A stretch of 26,720 nucleotides of DNA from a virus. Taxonomy: Duplodnaviria; Caudoviricetes. The notes under the pieces are model-generated. The model saw only the letters and a list, made by a program, of their open reading frames with translations. It was not told the origin of the DNA and did not search any database. The translations under genes were made by a program, and so were the position numbers. This document shows, in pieces, positions 9,101-17,092 of the stretch (position 1 is the first letter of the stretch; the number at the start of each line of letters is the position of its first letter). The stretch is taken from IMG/VR virus record IMGVR_UViG_3300025018_000482, positions 1 through 26,720 of that record; one strand, written 5' to 3'.

Positions 9101-9308
9101 GAAAACTAATATGTTTATTATAGACGAAGGCTTTGGTAGTCTAGATTCTAAATATTTAGATAATATTAACCGAATGTTTGATTATTTAAGATCAGTATTT
9201 GATCATGTATTAATAATAAGTCATATAGACGAATTAAAAGATATAGTAGATAATAATATTGAAATATCATCAGATAATGAAAGATACTCGCATATAGAAG
9301 TTTGTTAG
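6132..9308 (+). CDS. Fused SbcD-SbcC (Mre11-Rad50; T4 gp47-gp46-like) recombination nuclease/ATPase
   Basis: Metallophosphoesterase motifs SDIH, TGD, GNHD and GDIH. These are followed by Walker A (AENSAGKSS), a long coiled coil with a central Cys pair, a signature-like ELGGGAEK, Walker B/D-loop IIDEGFGSLD and H-loop IISH. Confidence 0.93.
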   Translation: MRIVHVSDIHIRNLKYHDEYKNVFEDFYKHLDELKPDLIINTGDTAHTKTQISPEFVEMCSEHIREVAEYAPYHILLGNHDLNLVNPNRQDAISPIVDSIGNSVKHHVTLHKKSGIYSVNNNVDLFIYSCADQSNYPDPLTHSSSSIKIGLYHGSLLKCEIDNGWIMAEADNDLSLFTGLDFVLLGDIHKHQFMDVDKRVAYAGSMIQQNFGEDPDKGFLVWDIENKDEWDVRHIKLHGNNKFFTIRLNDDFSIPDIDIERDSRIRIISPCSFTLADQQEFEKSIKEKFKPHSVISIAEKTITKQDTTLLSGSIAKMENLRDIRIQEKLLKKFFNKRKVSDDVLNKILEINKKYQVAVEKDEDIVRNVQWKLERIAWNNMFNYGENNFIDFSKLKGITGIFAENSAGKSSIIDVILETLFDRITKGSTKNIYMVNDNKDSAQMIAGISVGDNSYILERTIEKIKYGKKNLEKEKEWGKTTVNFYKVDNSDTISLNDILRPGTEKAIRKHIGSYDDFVLTALLSQGRDDDIIKCKDTERRKILSKFMDLDIFEQKEKMSREESKQYFQRLKDFDSANLSIVYATEKHNLENLYDEFKAINDNKDSISKEINSLRDSIVNIETKKESIDFVNLDLEVIKKKIIDLKLSLNSLINNKVNDKKQYDELYKNVVSREEKLSKIDITIVKNALLKIEEIKASVAKKLSDIQVFETNLLYLKRDASLLDEVPCGDLFPTCKLLAGAFKSKSKINDLEIVINNLKNELVILAEDKDLLEKHNYQEKLQKYNDVICDLKKQKSNLTELTLKLENYDLKIEVLERGIDDIYILQKKYYDNQDSLEKNKEIDNNIKEIKKQLDILILKKEDVKASLMDINKKIGAKESIINRIGIEIEALEDIRVLCDAHELYIEAMGKKGIAYHILIEKLPILNEEINKILSVVADFNVFIEHNENENSIRLYLQYGDYKGRPLELGGGAEKMLSSIAIRAALINITNLPKTNMFIIDEGFGSLDSKYLDNINRMFDYLRSVFDHVLIISHIDELKDIVDNNIEISSDNERYSHIEVC

Positions 9309-9317
9309 GAGAACATT

Positions 9318-9581
9318 ATGAAGTGGATTAAAAATACAGATGATAAACGAGATGCTATTTTAACTTTTGCATTGATAGGATTTATAGTTGTAATATTTAA
9401 ACTTCTAGTTTCTGGTGGAAGTTTTCTTATTGGCGGAAATACATATACCTTTGGAGAAATAACAGCAGCAGAAATTGGTGCTATATTAACACCGACACTT
9501 GGTGCATATGTTGCAAGAAGATACACTGACAAAAAATTCAAAGTAGAAGTTAAATTGAACGACGAGAATGAAGATGCTTGA
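9318..9581 (+). CDS. Holin-like small membrane protein
   Basis: 87 aa with two hydrophobic segments (AILTFALIGFIVVIFKLLVSGG; ITAAEIGAILTPTLGAYVA) and a charged C-terminus (RRYTDKK). SD AGGAG at 9307-9311. Confidence 0.55.
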   Translation: MKWIKNTDDKRDAILTFALIGFIVVIFKLLVSGGSFLIGGNTYTFGEITAAEIGAILTPTLGAYVARRYTDKKFKVEVKLNDENEDA

Positions 9582-10398
9582 AAAAATTAAGAAATATTTT
9601 GTTTTTGGGTTAATAGGATTAATATTAGTTCTTGCCTTTTTTATCTTTTATCAAAAAAGATCTTATGAGAATCAACTTGTTGATCTTTATAATGAAATAG
9701 CTCTTAATTCTGAGACCATCGAAATTCATAAAAATGCTTATGAGAAAAAAACTATTGAAGTAAAAAATCTTGAAGATGTTTTAAGAAGCTTTAAAGAGCA
9801 AAATGGTTTAGATAAACAAACTATTGATGATCTTATGAAGAGAATAAGTAAACTTAAAGAAGAAGTACTAGCTGCAAATAGACTTGCAGTTAAATGGAAA
9901 GAAGCATATGAAGCTGAAGCTAATGCTCATCAGTCTGAAGATCCAGTAGATCCAGATTCAGGTAGTGATTTAGTTAGAACAAGAGTAGCATTTGACAAAG
10001 ATTTTGGGTATATAGGAGTTGAGGGTTATACATTAACAAATCCGGCATATGCTTGGGTTAAGGTACAACAAAATCGGCCACTATTTCTTACTATGACCAT
10101 TACACAAGGTCGTGATAAAAGATGGAAGACTTATGTAACATCAAGTGAAGATAATGTTGCCGTAGATGTCACGTTATCTGCAGTTAATCCTTTTATTCTT
10201 AAAGAGAAGTGGTATGAAAAATTAACACTTAATATGGGAATGGACGTTAATTCAGCTATTATCTCCCCGTATGCTGGATTATCATATCCGATTGGTCATT
10301 TTAATGTCTCTGGAGGAGCATGGTTTGATCCAAATGCTAAAAATGTAGGATGGTATAGCACATTAAATTATTCGTGGGCTCCTTTTAAAAGAAGATAG
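9568..10398 (+). CDS. Membrane-anchored coiled-coil protein, spanin-like, with C-terminal amphipathic beta-strands
   Basis: N-terminal TM helix (FVFGLIGLILVLAFFIFY), about 90 aa of coiled coil, and four alternating-pattern strands at the C-terminus. It overlaps the holin-like gene. Confidence 0.5.
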   Translation: MKMLEKIKKYFVFGLIGLILVLAFFIFYQKRSYENQLVDLYNEIALNSETIEIHKNAYEKKTIEVKNLEDVLRSFKEQNGLDKQTIDDLMKRISKLKEEVLAANRLAVKWKEAYEAEANAHQSEDPVDPDSGSDLVRTRVAFDKDFGYIGVEGYTLTNPAYAWVKVQQNRPLFLTMTITQGRDKRWKTYVTSSEDNVAVDVTLSAVNPFILKEKWYEKLTLNMGMDVNSAIISPYAGLSYPIGHFNVSGGAWFDPNAKNVGWYSTLNYSWAPFKRR

Positions 10399-10400
10399 TA

Positions 10401-10709
10401 ATGCAAAAGTTTGATGGCAATTTCGTTATTCTTGATATGGAAGAAACGTATTCTGAATTAGGCGAACACAGCTTTAAGATAATTCTAAATCCTAAAATAT
10501 TTAAAAATAGTCATGACATCGATATTAAAATGTTTGATCCAGACAGTAATCCTATGATAGTCGATACTAGAAAATGGGGAAGAAAAGTGCAGTTCAATTT
10601 TAATATTGATAAAAATGTTTCAAATGGTGTTTGCATCGTTAGACTTCATTTAATGACCGATAAAAAACAAGAGTTAATAGAAACACTTCACTACTGGATA
10701 ATAAAATGA
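10401..10709 (+). CDS. Hypothetical protein (102 aa, beta-rich)
   Basis: Tightly packed ORF with an ATGA overlap to the next gene; no recognisable motif. Confidence 0.6.
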   Translation: MQKFDGNFVILDMEETYSELGEHSFKIILNPKIFKNSHDIDIKMFDPDSNPMIVDTRKWGRKVQFNFNIDKNVSNGVCIVRLHLMTDKKQELIETLHYWIIK

Positions 10710-10924
10710 ATAATGATTGGAGACAAAAACTTGTAGTTCCACTGTGTTGTCCGATATGTGAAAGAATAATGAAAGGCAGTAAATCTAACATAACATATTA
10801 CAATTATAATTGTTGTGTAGACTGTTTTATTGAGTTTGTCGAAGGAAGAGAAGAGAAGTGGAAGTCAGGGTGGAGGCCAGATAAAGAGAGAATTCAGCAA
10901 TTTTATAATAAAATAAAGGCTTAA
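10706..10924 (+). CDS. Small zinc-binding hypothetical protein
   Basis: CPIC...CCVDC Cys pairs and EGREEKWKSGWRP; coupled to the upstream gene by ATGA. Confidence 0.65.
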   Translation: MNNDWRQKLVVPLCCPICERIMKGSKSNITYYNYNCCVDCFIEFVEGREEKWKSGWRPDKERIQQFYNKIKA

Positions 10925-11008
10925 GATTCACTTTTTTCATTTTTTGGGACCTTTCATGAAAAAGTATCTAATTATTCTGTTAAAGATTTTCTAAGGAGAG
11001 AATCATAT

Positions 11009-11392
11009 ATGAGCAATATTGAAAGTTATGAAGTTCAAGGCATGGCCTACGATCAAGATTTAGACATTCATGCAGCGATACAACAAATTGCTTCTGAAAT
11101 TATTCCAGAACACGCAGGATATGGATTCAGATTAACATTTTGTGGTGAAAACCAAGCTACTATGATATATCATTCATATGAAGTTGATCTTCCACTAAGA
11201 GTAAAAGAAGTAGAAGAGCAATCTGAGACACGTATGAATGAGTTCGTTAAATCTTTAAAAAAGAGATATAAAGAGAAAACAAAGAAGACTCTTAAATTTA
11301 AAGAACTTAAAGATCAAAGCCAGTCTGGTGCTGAGAAAGTATCGTGTAATAATCGTTATTATTATAGATCTACTCGACTTTACGAATTCTAG
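11009..11392 (+). CDS. Hypothetical protein immediately upstream of terminase large subunit
   Basis: SD AAGGAG at 10993-10998; 127 aa with a basic C-terminal half. The position suits a small terminase, but no motif supports that call. Confidence 0.6.
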   Translation: MSNIESYEVQGMAYDQDLDIHAAIQQIASEIIPEHAGYGFRLTFCGENQATMIYHSYEVDLPLRVKEVEEQSETRMNEFVKSLKKRYKEKTKKTLKFKELKDQSQSGAEKVSCNNRYYYRSTRLYEF

Positions 11393-11401
11393 AAAGTAAA
11401 G

Positions 11402-13093
11402 ATGAATCGTAAGTCTCTAAAATCAGAGATATTAAAATGCGGTCATGATCCAGATTACTTTATAAGAAATTATGTAAAGATTGAGCATCCGATCCGTGGT
11501 TTAATACCATTTGCTCTTTTTGATTATCAGTCAAAACTTTTATCTGATTATAAGAATAACAGATTTAATATAGTTAATAAAGCAAGGCAGCTGGGAATTT
11601 CAGAAACCTCAGCTGCCTATGCTCTTTGGATGATGTTATTCAGACGTAACAAGAATATCGTCGTCTTGGCAACTAAAAAAGAGACTGCTAAAAATATCAT
11701 TAGAAAAGTGAAGACTGGATTATCTAATCTTCCTGTCTGGTTGATATTATCAAAAACAACTTCAGACAACGTATTCTCAATTGAATTTGCAAATGGATCA
11801 AGAATCAAAGCTGTGTCTACTGCAAAAGATGCTGGTCGTTCTGAAGCTGGCTCTTTGTTGATTATTGATGAAGCTGCCCACATTGAGAACATGGAAGAGA
11901 TATGGACTGGACTTAGGCCAGTAGTGACTGCAGGTGGTTCTGTTATTATGTTATCATCGCCTAAGGGAGTTGGCAACATATTTTACAAGCTATGTGCTGG
12001 AGCGATCGAGAATGAAAATGAGTTTAGATATACTGAGCTCATGTGGTGGTTACATCCTGAGCATATAACGAATGAAGAAGGTTTACCAGATCTAGATGAT
12101 GACCCACTGAGACCAGGATACAAAACAAGTTCTTGGTTTAGAAATGAAACATCTGGAATGGATCCAAGAGAGATCGCCCAGGAGTACGAGTGCAATTTCA
12201 ATGCTTCAGGTGATACGTTCATTGCAAATGAGTATCTTAAAATTATAGAAGATAGCACAATAATGCCGCCTATATCATTTGAAGGATGGGATAGGAATAT
12301 TTATGTTTGGAATAAGCCAACTCTGTATACGCAGTACTTCATAGCTGCAGATGTAGCCAGAGGAGATGGAAAAGACTTCTCAACAGCACAGGTATTTGAT
12401 GTAAGTACAATGACTCAGTGTGCAGAATACCGTGGGAAAGTTCCACCCGACAGGTTTGCTGAGCTATTAATAATGTTAGGAGAAGAATACAACAAAGCTC
12501 TCCTCATTGTAGAAAACAACTCAGTTGGCTTAGCTTGCTTAGAACATATAAAATTAGGTGAGTATGAGCAAGTTTATTTTTCGTCTAAGGGAGATTTTAG
12601 ACCAGGAAAAATATTCAATGCGATGATGCCGTTACCATCGATGTCAGATTATATTCCTGGATTTACAACTTCGAATAGAACTAGACCACTTATGCTTCAA
12701 AAACTTGAAGAATACGTACGATTGCAGGTAATTAACATAAGATCTACTAGATTATTAGACGAATTAAGAAAATTTGCATGGAATGGTGGAAGACCAGAAG
12801 CTCAAAAAGGTTGTAATGACGATCTTGTAATGGCCTGTGCACTAGGATGTTGGATTAGAGATACATTTTTGTCTTCGTCTATCACAAGTACAGACATAAC
12901 CAAAGCATTAATGAATTCAATGTCGATTAAACGTTTAAATCATACTGATATTCCTGGAGCAGCTAAAGATCCAAAGTATATTAAATCAAATGAAGCTCTA
13001 TCTAGATCTACACAGACAGGTCCAAATAGGTATAGTCTTACTCTTCCCGATGGATCAATAGAAAATATTGGCTGGTTATTAGGGAAGAAGTAA
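11402..13093 (+). CDS. terL: Terminase large subunit (T4 gp17-like)
   Basis: Adenine-binding LFDYQ, Walker A region KARQLGIS, Walker B LLIIDEAAH, motif III SSPKG, QEYEC, and nuclease motifs ADVARGDGKDFS, VENN, NDDLVMA. Confidence 0.96.
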   Translation: MNRKSLKSEILKCGHDPDYFIRNYVKIEHPIRGLIPFALFDYQSKLLSDYKNNRFNIVNKARQLGISETSAAYALWMMLFRRNKNIVVLATKKETAKNIIRKVKTGLSNLPVWLILSKTTSDNVFSIEFANGSRIKAVSTAKDAGRSEAGSLLIIDEAAHIENMEEIWTGLRPVVTAGGSVIMLSSPKGVGNIFYKLCAGAIENENEFRYTELMWWLHPEHITNEEGLPDLDDDPLRPGYKTSSWFRNETSGMDPREIAQEYECNFNASGDTFIANEYLKIIEDSTIMPPISFEGWDRNIYVWNKPTLYTQYFIAADVARGDGKDFSTAQVFDVSTMTQCAEYRGKVPPDRFAELLIMLGEEYNKALLIVENNSVGLACLEHIKLGEYEQVYFSSKGDFRPGKIFNAMMPLPSMSDYIPGFTTSNRTRPLMLQKLEEYVRLQVINIRSTRLLDELRKFAWNGGRPEAQKGCNDDLVMACALGCWIRDTFLSSSITSTDITKALMNSMSIKRLNHTDIPGAAKDPKYIKSNEALSRSTQTGPNRYSLTLPDGSIENIGWLLGKK

Positions 13094-13095
13094 AA

Positions 13096-13116
13096 TCCTT
13101 ATAATTATATCAAGGA
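13096..13116 (+). promoter_or_regulatory. Hairpin occluding the portal Shine-Dalgarno, with candidate late-promoter motif ATAATTA at its apex
   Basis: TCCTT-ATA (13096-13103) can pair with TAT-(C bulge)-AAGGA (13108-13116). AAGGA is the SD, 6 nt before the portal ATG at 13123. Confidence 0.45.
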
Positions 13117-13122
13117 ATTAAA

Positions 13123-16100
13123 ATGCCAGAATCACTAAGAAGTAAAGAAAGCATCTGGAAGCAAATAACAAGATTGTTCAGAAATGGACCAGTTATTCGT
13201 CATAAAGTAGCTAGCAGTTCTAAGATGTACCAACCTCAAGGTACTGCAGCAGCTTATAAGAAAGAGTTATCAAGCTTATATGTTAACTCTATGGCTTCAT
13301 ATGGACAGTATGAAAGACTAGCAAGATATGCAGATTACAGTGAGATGGAGTATTGTGTAACAGAGAATACATTAATTGCTGTACCAGATGGATATAAAAC
13401 GATTAAACAGTTATCTGAAGAATATGGAGTAGATAAAAATTTTATTGTATATTCATATGATCATGATTCTAAGACAATTGTTCCAGCTATAGCTAAACAA
13501 GCTAGGAAGACAAGAACTGATCATGCTTGGGAAGTAACATTTGACAATGGAAAGAAAATAACAGGAACTGCAGACCATCGTCTAATGCTTCGTGATGGAT
13601 CATACAGGATGATTAAAGATCTTCATGAAGGCGATGCTATGATGCCGTTTTATAGAAGATCATTTAGGTCTCCTAACGGAAGATTTGACTCTGAACACTA
13701 TCAATACATTTACTCAATGACAGATAGAACTAAAAATGGATGGATGGCAGAGCATAAAATAATTGCCGAGTGGAATGCTTCATATGAAATGACAGATAGT
13801 CAAGTTGTCCATCACAGAAATTTTAAAAAGTTTGATAACAATCCAGATAATCTTGAGATTATGGAGCGGTCAGATCATTCTACGTTGCATAGAGTGATTT
13901 TTAATAAAGAGCATAAGTGGAATTATGAAAAGAACTTAGAATGGATTGAGAATTTCAAGAAGCAACATTCTAAATTTATGACTGATAACAACCCTGCAGA
14001 AAGAAGTGATATCACTTTTTCTAAAATTTTGCAAGCTGCAGACGAAAATGACTTTAATCTTTTTAGAGTTTGCGAAATTTTTAATACAGATCCAAATGTT
14101 ATTAAAAGAAAACTTAAAAAGTATAAATTTAAGAATTGGGAAGTTTTTGCTCGAGTATACGATCCAAGTTGGAAAAATCATGGGTGGGACAACTCAGGAG
14201 AGAAAAACCCAAGATATGACAATTCGCTGATGTATCAGATGATCTGTGATGCTTGGAAACCAGGAATTAAAGCAAAAGATCTTGTTAGAGTACTTGGTAC
14301 TACAAACATGAAGATTAATAATAGAGTCAAAAATAATGGCTTTAAAAGCACTTCAGACTTTTGTAATAACTATAATAATTGTAAAGTCGTTAGTGTAAAA
14401 TATCATGGTATTGTTGATTTGTATGATTTAACTGTAGATGAATATAAAAATTTTGCAACAGATTCTGTTATATCACATAATACTCCAGAAATTAGTTCTG
14501 CTTTAAATATATACGCAGATGAAGTAACCTCCGTAGATGAAGGTGGTTACATGATTAAAGTTGAGTCTGACAATGATGAGATTAAGAGCATACTAGAGAC
14601 TCTCTTTTTTGATATCTTGAACATTGAGTTCCATCTTCACTCGTGGGTAAGAAATCTTTGTAAATACGGAGATTTTGTACTCTTCGTAGATGCTAGTGAG
14701 AATAATGGCATTCTTAATATGCTTCCAATTCCTATTAACGAGATTGAACGCGAAGAAGGGTATGACCCCAAAAATCCATTTGCATTCAGATTTAGATGGC
14801 TGACCCAAGGTAATACAATTCTTGAAGCATGGCAGATAATCCACTTCAGACTTCTTGCTAATGATAACTTTTTGCCATATGGTTCTAGTGTAATTGAACC
14901 AGCTCGCAGAATTTGGCGTCAATTAATCCTTATTGAAGATGCAATGCTTGTTTACAGAATAATTCGATCACCTGAGAGAAGAGTATTCAAGATTGAAGTT
15001 GGAAATGTTAAGCCAGATGAAATTCCAGAGTACGTAGAACAGGTAACAAATAGATTAAGACGTAATAAGATTGTTGATAGCACTACAGGCCGTGTTGATT
15101 TAAGATATAATCCACTATCTGTAGATGAAGACTATATCATACCTGTTAGAGATGGCAAAGGATCTGATATAACTTCACTTCCAGGTGGACAATTTACAGG
15201 AGATATTGAAGATGTGCAGTATATACAGAGCAAACTGTTTGCTGCACTTCAAATTCCAAAAGCATATCTTGGATACGAAGCTGATGTAGGTTCAAAAGCA
15301 ACTCTAGCCCAGGAAGATGTTAGATTTTCTAGAACTATTCAAAGAATTCAAAAGATTCTTTTATCTGAGCTTACAAAAATCGCGGTTATTCATTTATTCT
15401 TACTCGGTAAAAGAGATAAGGATCTTATTGATTACGAAATTAAGATGTCTAATCCATCTACCATAGCAGAACAACAAAAACTTGAACTTTGGAGAATGAA
15501 ATTTGAGATTTCTGGACAAGCTCAAGAAGGTATGCTAGATAAAGCGTCAATCTGGAAAACGATATTTGGATATTCTGATAAGCAGATTGAAGAGATGATG
15601 GACGGAATGAGAGCTGACAAACTTTTTCAGCTTGAACTTGATGCAATACAGTTGCCCACTGATGAAGCAGAGCCTGCTACACCTGTTCCTGGAGAAGAGG
15701 AGTTACCTTCCACACTTGGTGGTGAGCCTGGAGGAGAGGATCAGGGAGCATCTGGTGAAGAAGAGTTAACTGCCGGTAGAGATTATGAGTCAGATGATGA
15801 ATTATTAGATTCATTAGATCCTGCTTTGTTAAAAGACTCATACGAAGAAGATTTAGATGAGAAAAGAAATCCTGGAAGTGAAGGCGATGATGCTTGCATA
15901 GCTGTAGACAAGGGTGAAAACTTGTTTGACCCAGGAGAAGATTTGTATAATCATGTTTTTGCAACAGATAAACAAACTTCATCCGATCCATATGATATGA
16001 GAGCAATGAGAAGAATGATAACACGCCCATTTTCTGAATCTAAAGATATCAAATATGATCCGATGGGAACTTTTGTTATAGAATCAAAGAAGAAAATGGA

Positions 16101-16164
16101 CAAATTCGATCAAAATCTTGCAGATATTGATAAGATTTTAATAGAAATTAAGAACAAGGGCTGA
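13123..16164 (+). CDS. Portal vertex protein (T4 gp20-like) containing an intein; about 637 aa after splicing
   Basis: The extein join reads DYSEMEY|TPEISSALNIYADE. gp20-like motifs include RNLCKYGD, IEDAMLVYRIIRSPERRVFKIEVGN, EDYIIPVR..SDITSLPGG, EDVQY..KLFAALQIPK and QEDVRFSRTIQRIQ. Confidence 0.95.
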   Translation: MPESLRSKESIWKQITRLFRNGPVIRHKVASSSKMYQPQGTAAAYKKELSSLYVNSMASYGQYERLARYADYSEMEYCVTENTLIAVPDGYKTIKQLSEEYGVDKNFIVYSYDHDSKTIVPAIAKQARKTRTDHAWEVTFDNGKKITGTADHRLMLRDGSYRMIKDLHEGDAMMPFYRRSFRSPNGRFDSEHYQYIYSMTDRTKNGWMAEHKIIAEWNASYEMTDSQVVHHRNFKKFDNNPDNLEIMERSDHSTLHRVIFNKEHKWNYEKNLEWIENFKKQHSKFMTDNNPAERSDITFSKILQAADENDFNLFRVCEIFNTDPNVIKRKLKKYKFKNWEVFARVYDPSWKNHGWDNSGEKNPRYDNSLMYQMICDAWKPGIKAKDLVRVLGTTNMKINNRVKNNGFKSTSDFCNNYNNCKVVSVKYHGIVDLYDLTVDEYKNFATDSVISHNTPEISSALNIYADEVTSVDEGGYMIKVESDNDEIKSILETLFFDILNIEFHLHSWVRNLCKYGDFVLFVDASENNGILNMLPIPINEIEREEGYDPKNPFAFRFRWLTQGNTILEAWQIIHFRLLANDNFLPYGSSVIEPARRIWRQLILIEDAMLVYRIIRSPERRVFKIEVGNVKPDEIPEYVEQVTNRLRRNKIVDSTTGRVDLRYNPLSVDEDYIIPVRDGKGSDITSLPGGQFTGDIEDVQYIQSKLFAALQIPKAYLGYEADVGSKATLAQEDVRFSRTIQRIQKILLSELTKIAVIHLFLLGKRDKDLIDYEIKMSNPSTIAEQQKLELWRMKFEISGQAQEGMLDKASIWKTIFGYSDKQIEEMMDGMRADKLFQLELDAIQLPTDEAEPATPVPGEEELPSTLGGEPGGEDQGASGEEELTAGRDYESDDELLDSLDPALLKDSYEEDLDEKRNPGSEGDDACIAVDKGENLFDPGEDLYNHVFATDKQTSSDPYDMRAMRRMITRPFSESKDIKYDPMGTFVIESKKKMDKFDQNLADIDKILIEIKNKG
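13354..14481 (+). mobile_element. Intein (376 aa, residues 78-453 of portal) with HNH homing endonuclease
   Basis: Block A CVTENTLI, block B TGTADHRLM, block F YDLTVDEYKNFA, terminal SHN followed by Thr+1. Internal HNH motif EHKIIAE...VVHHRNFKKFDNNPDNLEIM..SDHSTLH. Confidence 0.93.
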
Positions 16165-16222
16165 TACGGCTTGAAATATCATAATTAATCTGTATTTTCG
16201 AGAAAAACTGAGGACATAAAAT

Positions 16223-17092
16223 ATGGGCTCTAATAGGTTTAAGCATAATAAAAAAAGAAATTCAGGTTTAATTTATGAGTTCCTTGTCAGAAAGATGGCT
16301 CAAGCTGTGCTAGAGAAGGATTCTGGAACTTATAAGAAGTCATTAAACATTCTTAAAAAATATTATTCTAAAGGTCAACCTCTTAATTTAGAAAGACAAA
16401 TCTTTGAAGAAGTTATATCAACAAGAGGTGTCGACGAAAATATTGCTAGAGGTATTATAAATGAAGTTGTGGTTGAGGCAAAAAATCTTAATCACAGATT
16501 AGTTGATATCAAAAAAAGTAATCTCATTAAAGATATTCACATAACTTTTGGCAAAGATTTCTTTTCTCAATTTAGATTATTGAATTATAAGGCATACGCA
16601 TCTACACAATTATTAATTAATGGTTGTTCGAATAGCACTCTTAAAGAGAATGTCGAGCGTGTTCAATTAAAAGAAGCACTTACAAAGTTTATGTCATCTA
16701 AAGTCAGCGAAAACAAAGATGAAGTATGTCGTGATGCAGATGCATTTGTGTATAAACTTGCAGTAAAGAAATTTAATGAAAGATACAATGATACACTTAA
16801 TGATAGACAAAAACAATTCTTAAAGGAATATATTGTTGCGCTTTCATCTCCAGCCAATGTAAACAACAAGAGAGTTCAAACTCTTTTGGAAAATGAAAGA
16901 AAGACAATACTAGGCGAATTAAACAATCATGGTCTTTCTCTTGAAATAGCAAATGATAAAAAGCTTAAATCTAAATTTATATCAGTTAAAAAGCAATTAG
17001 CAGAAATTGATTATTCAAAGAATAGTAGCTCTCAAATTGAAGAGATGATGTTGTATCATAAATTATTACAGGAGCTTAAATCTGATGAGTAA
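16223..17092 (+). CDS. Hypothetical helical protein of the head module (follows portal)
   Basis: SD GAGGA at 16210-16214; basic N-terminus KHNKKRNSGLIYEFLVR. It lies between portal and protease. Confidence 0.65.
   Translation: MGSNRFKHNKKRNSGLIYEFLVRKMAQAVLEKDSGTYKKSLNILKKYYSKGQPLNLERQIFEEVISTRGVDENIARGIINEVVVEAKNLNHRLVDIKKSNLIKDIHITFGKDFFSQFRLLNYKAYASTQLLINGCSNSTLKENVERVQLKEALTKFMSSKVSENKDEVCRDADAFVYKLAVKKFNERYNDTLNDRQKQFLKEYIVALSSPANVNNKRVQTLLENERKTILGELNNHGLSLEIANDKKLKSKFISVKKQLAEIDYSKNSSSQIEEMMLYHKLLQELKSDE

Noticed and set aside
9568-9585. MKMLEK start resembling the lambda S holin dual-start motif
   Set aside because: It is on the single-TM coiled-coil protein, not the holin-like gene, and is probably just start ambiguity.
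11009-11392. Terminase small subunit
   Set aside because: Only the position supports it; I recognise no TerS motif, so it is left as hypothetical.
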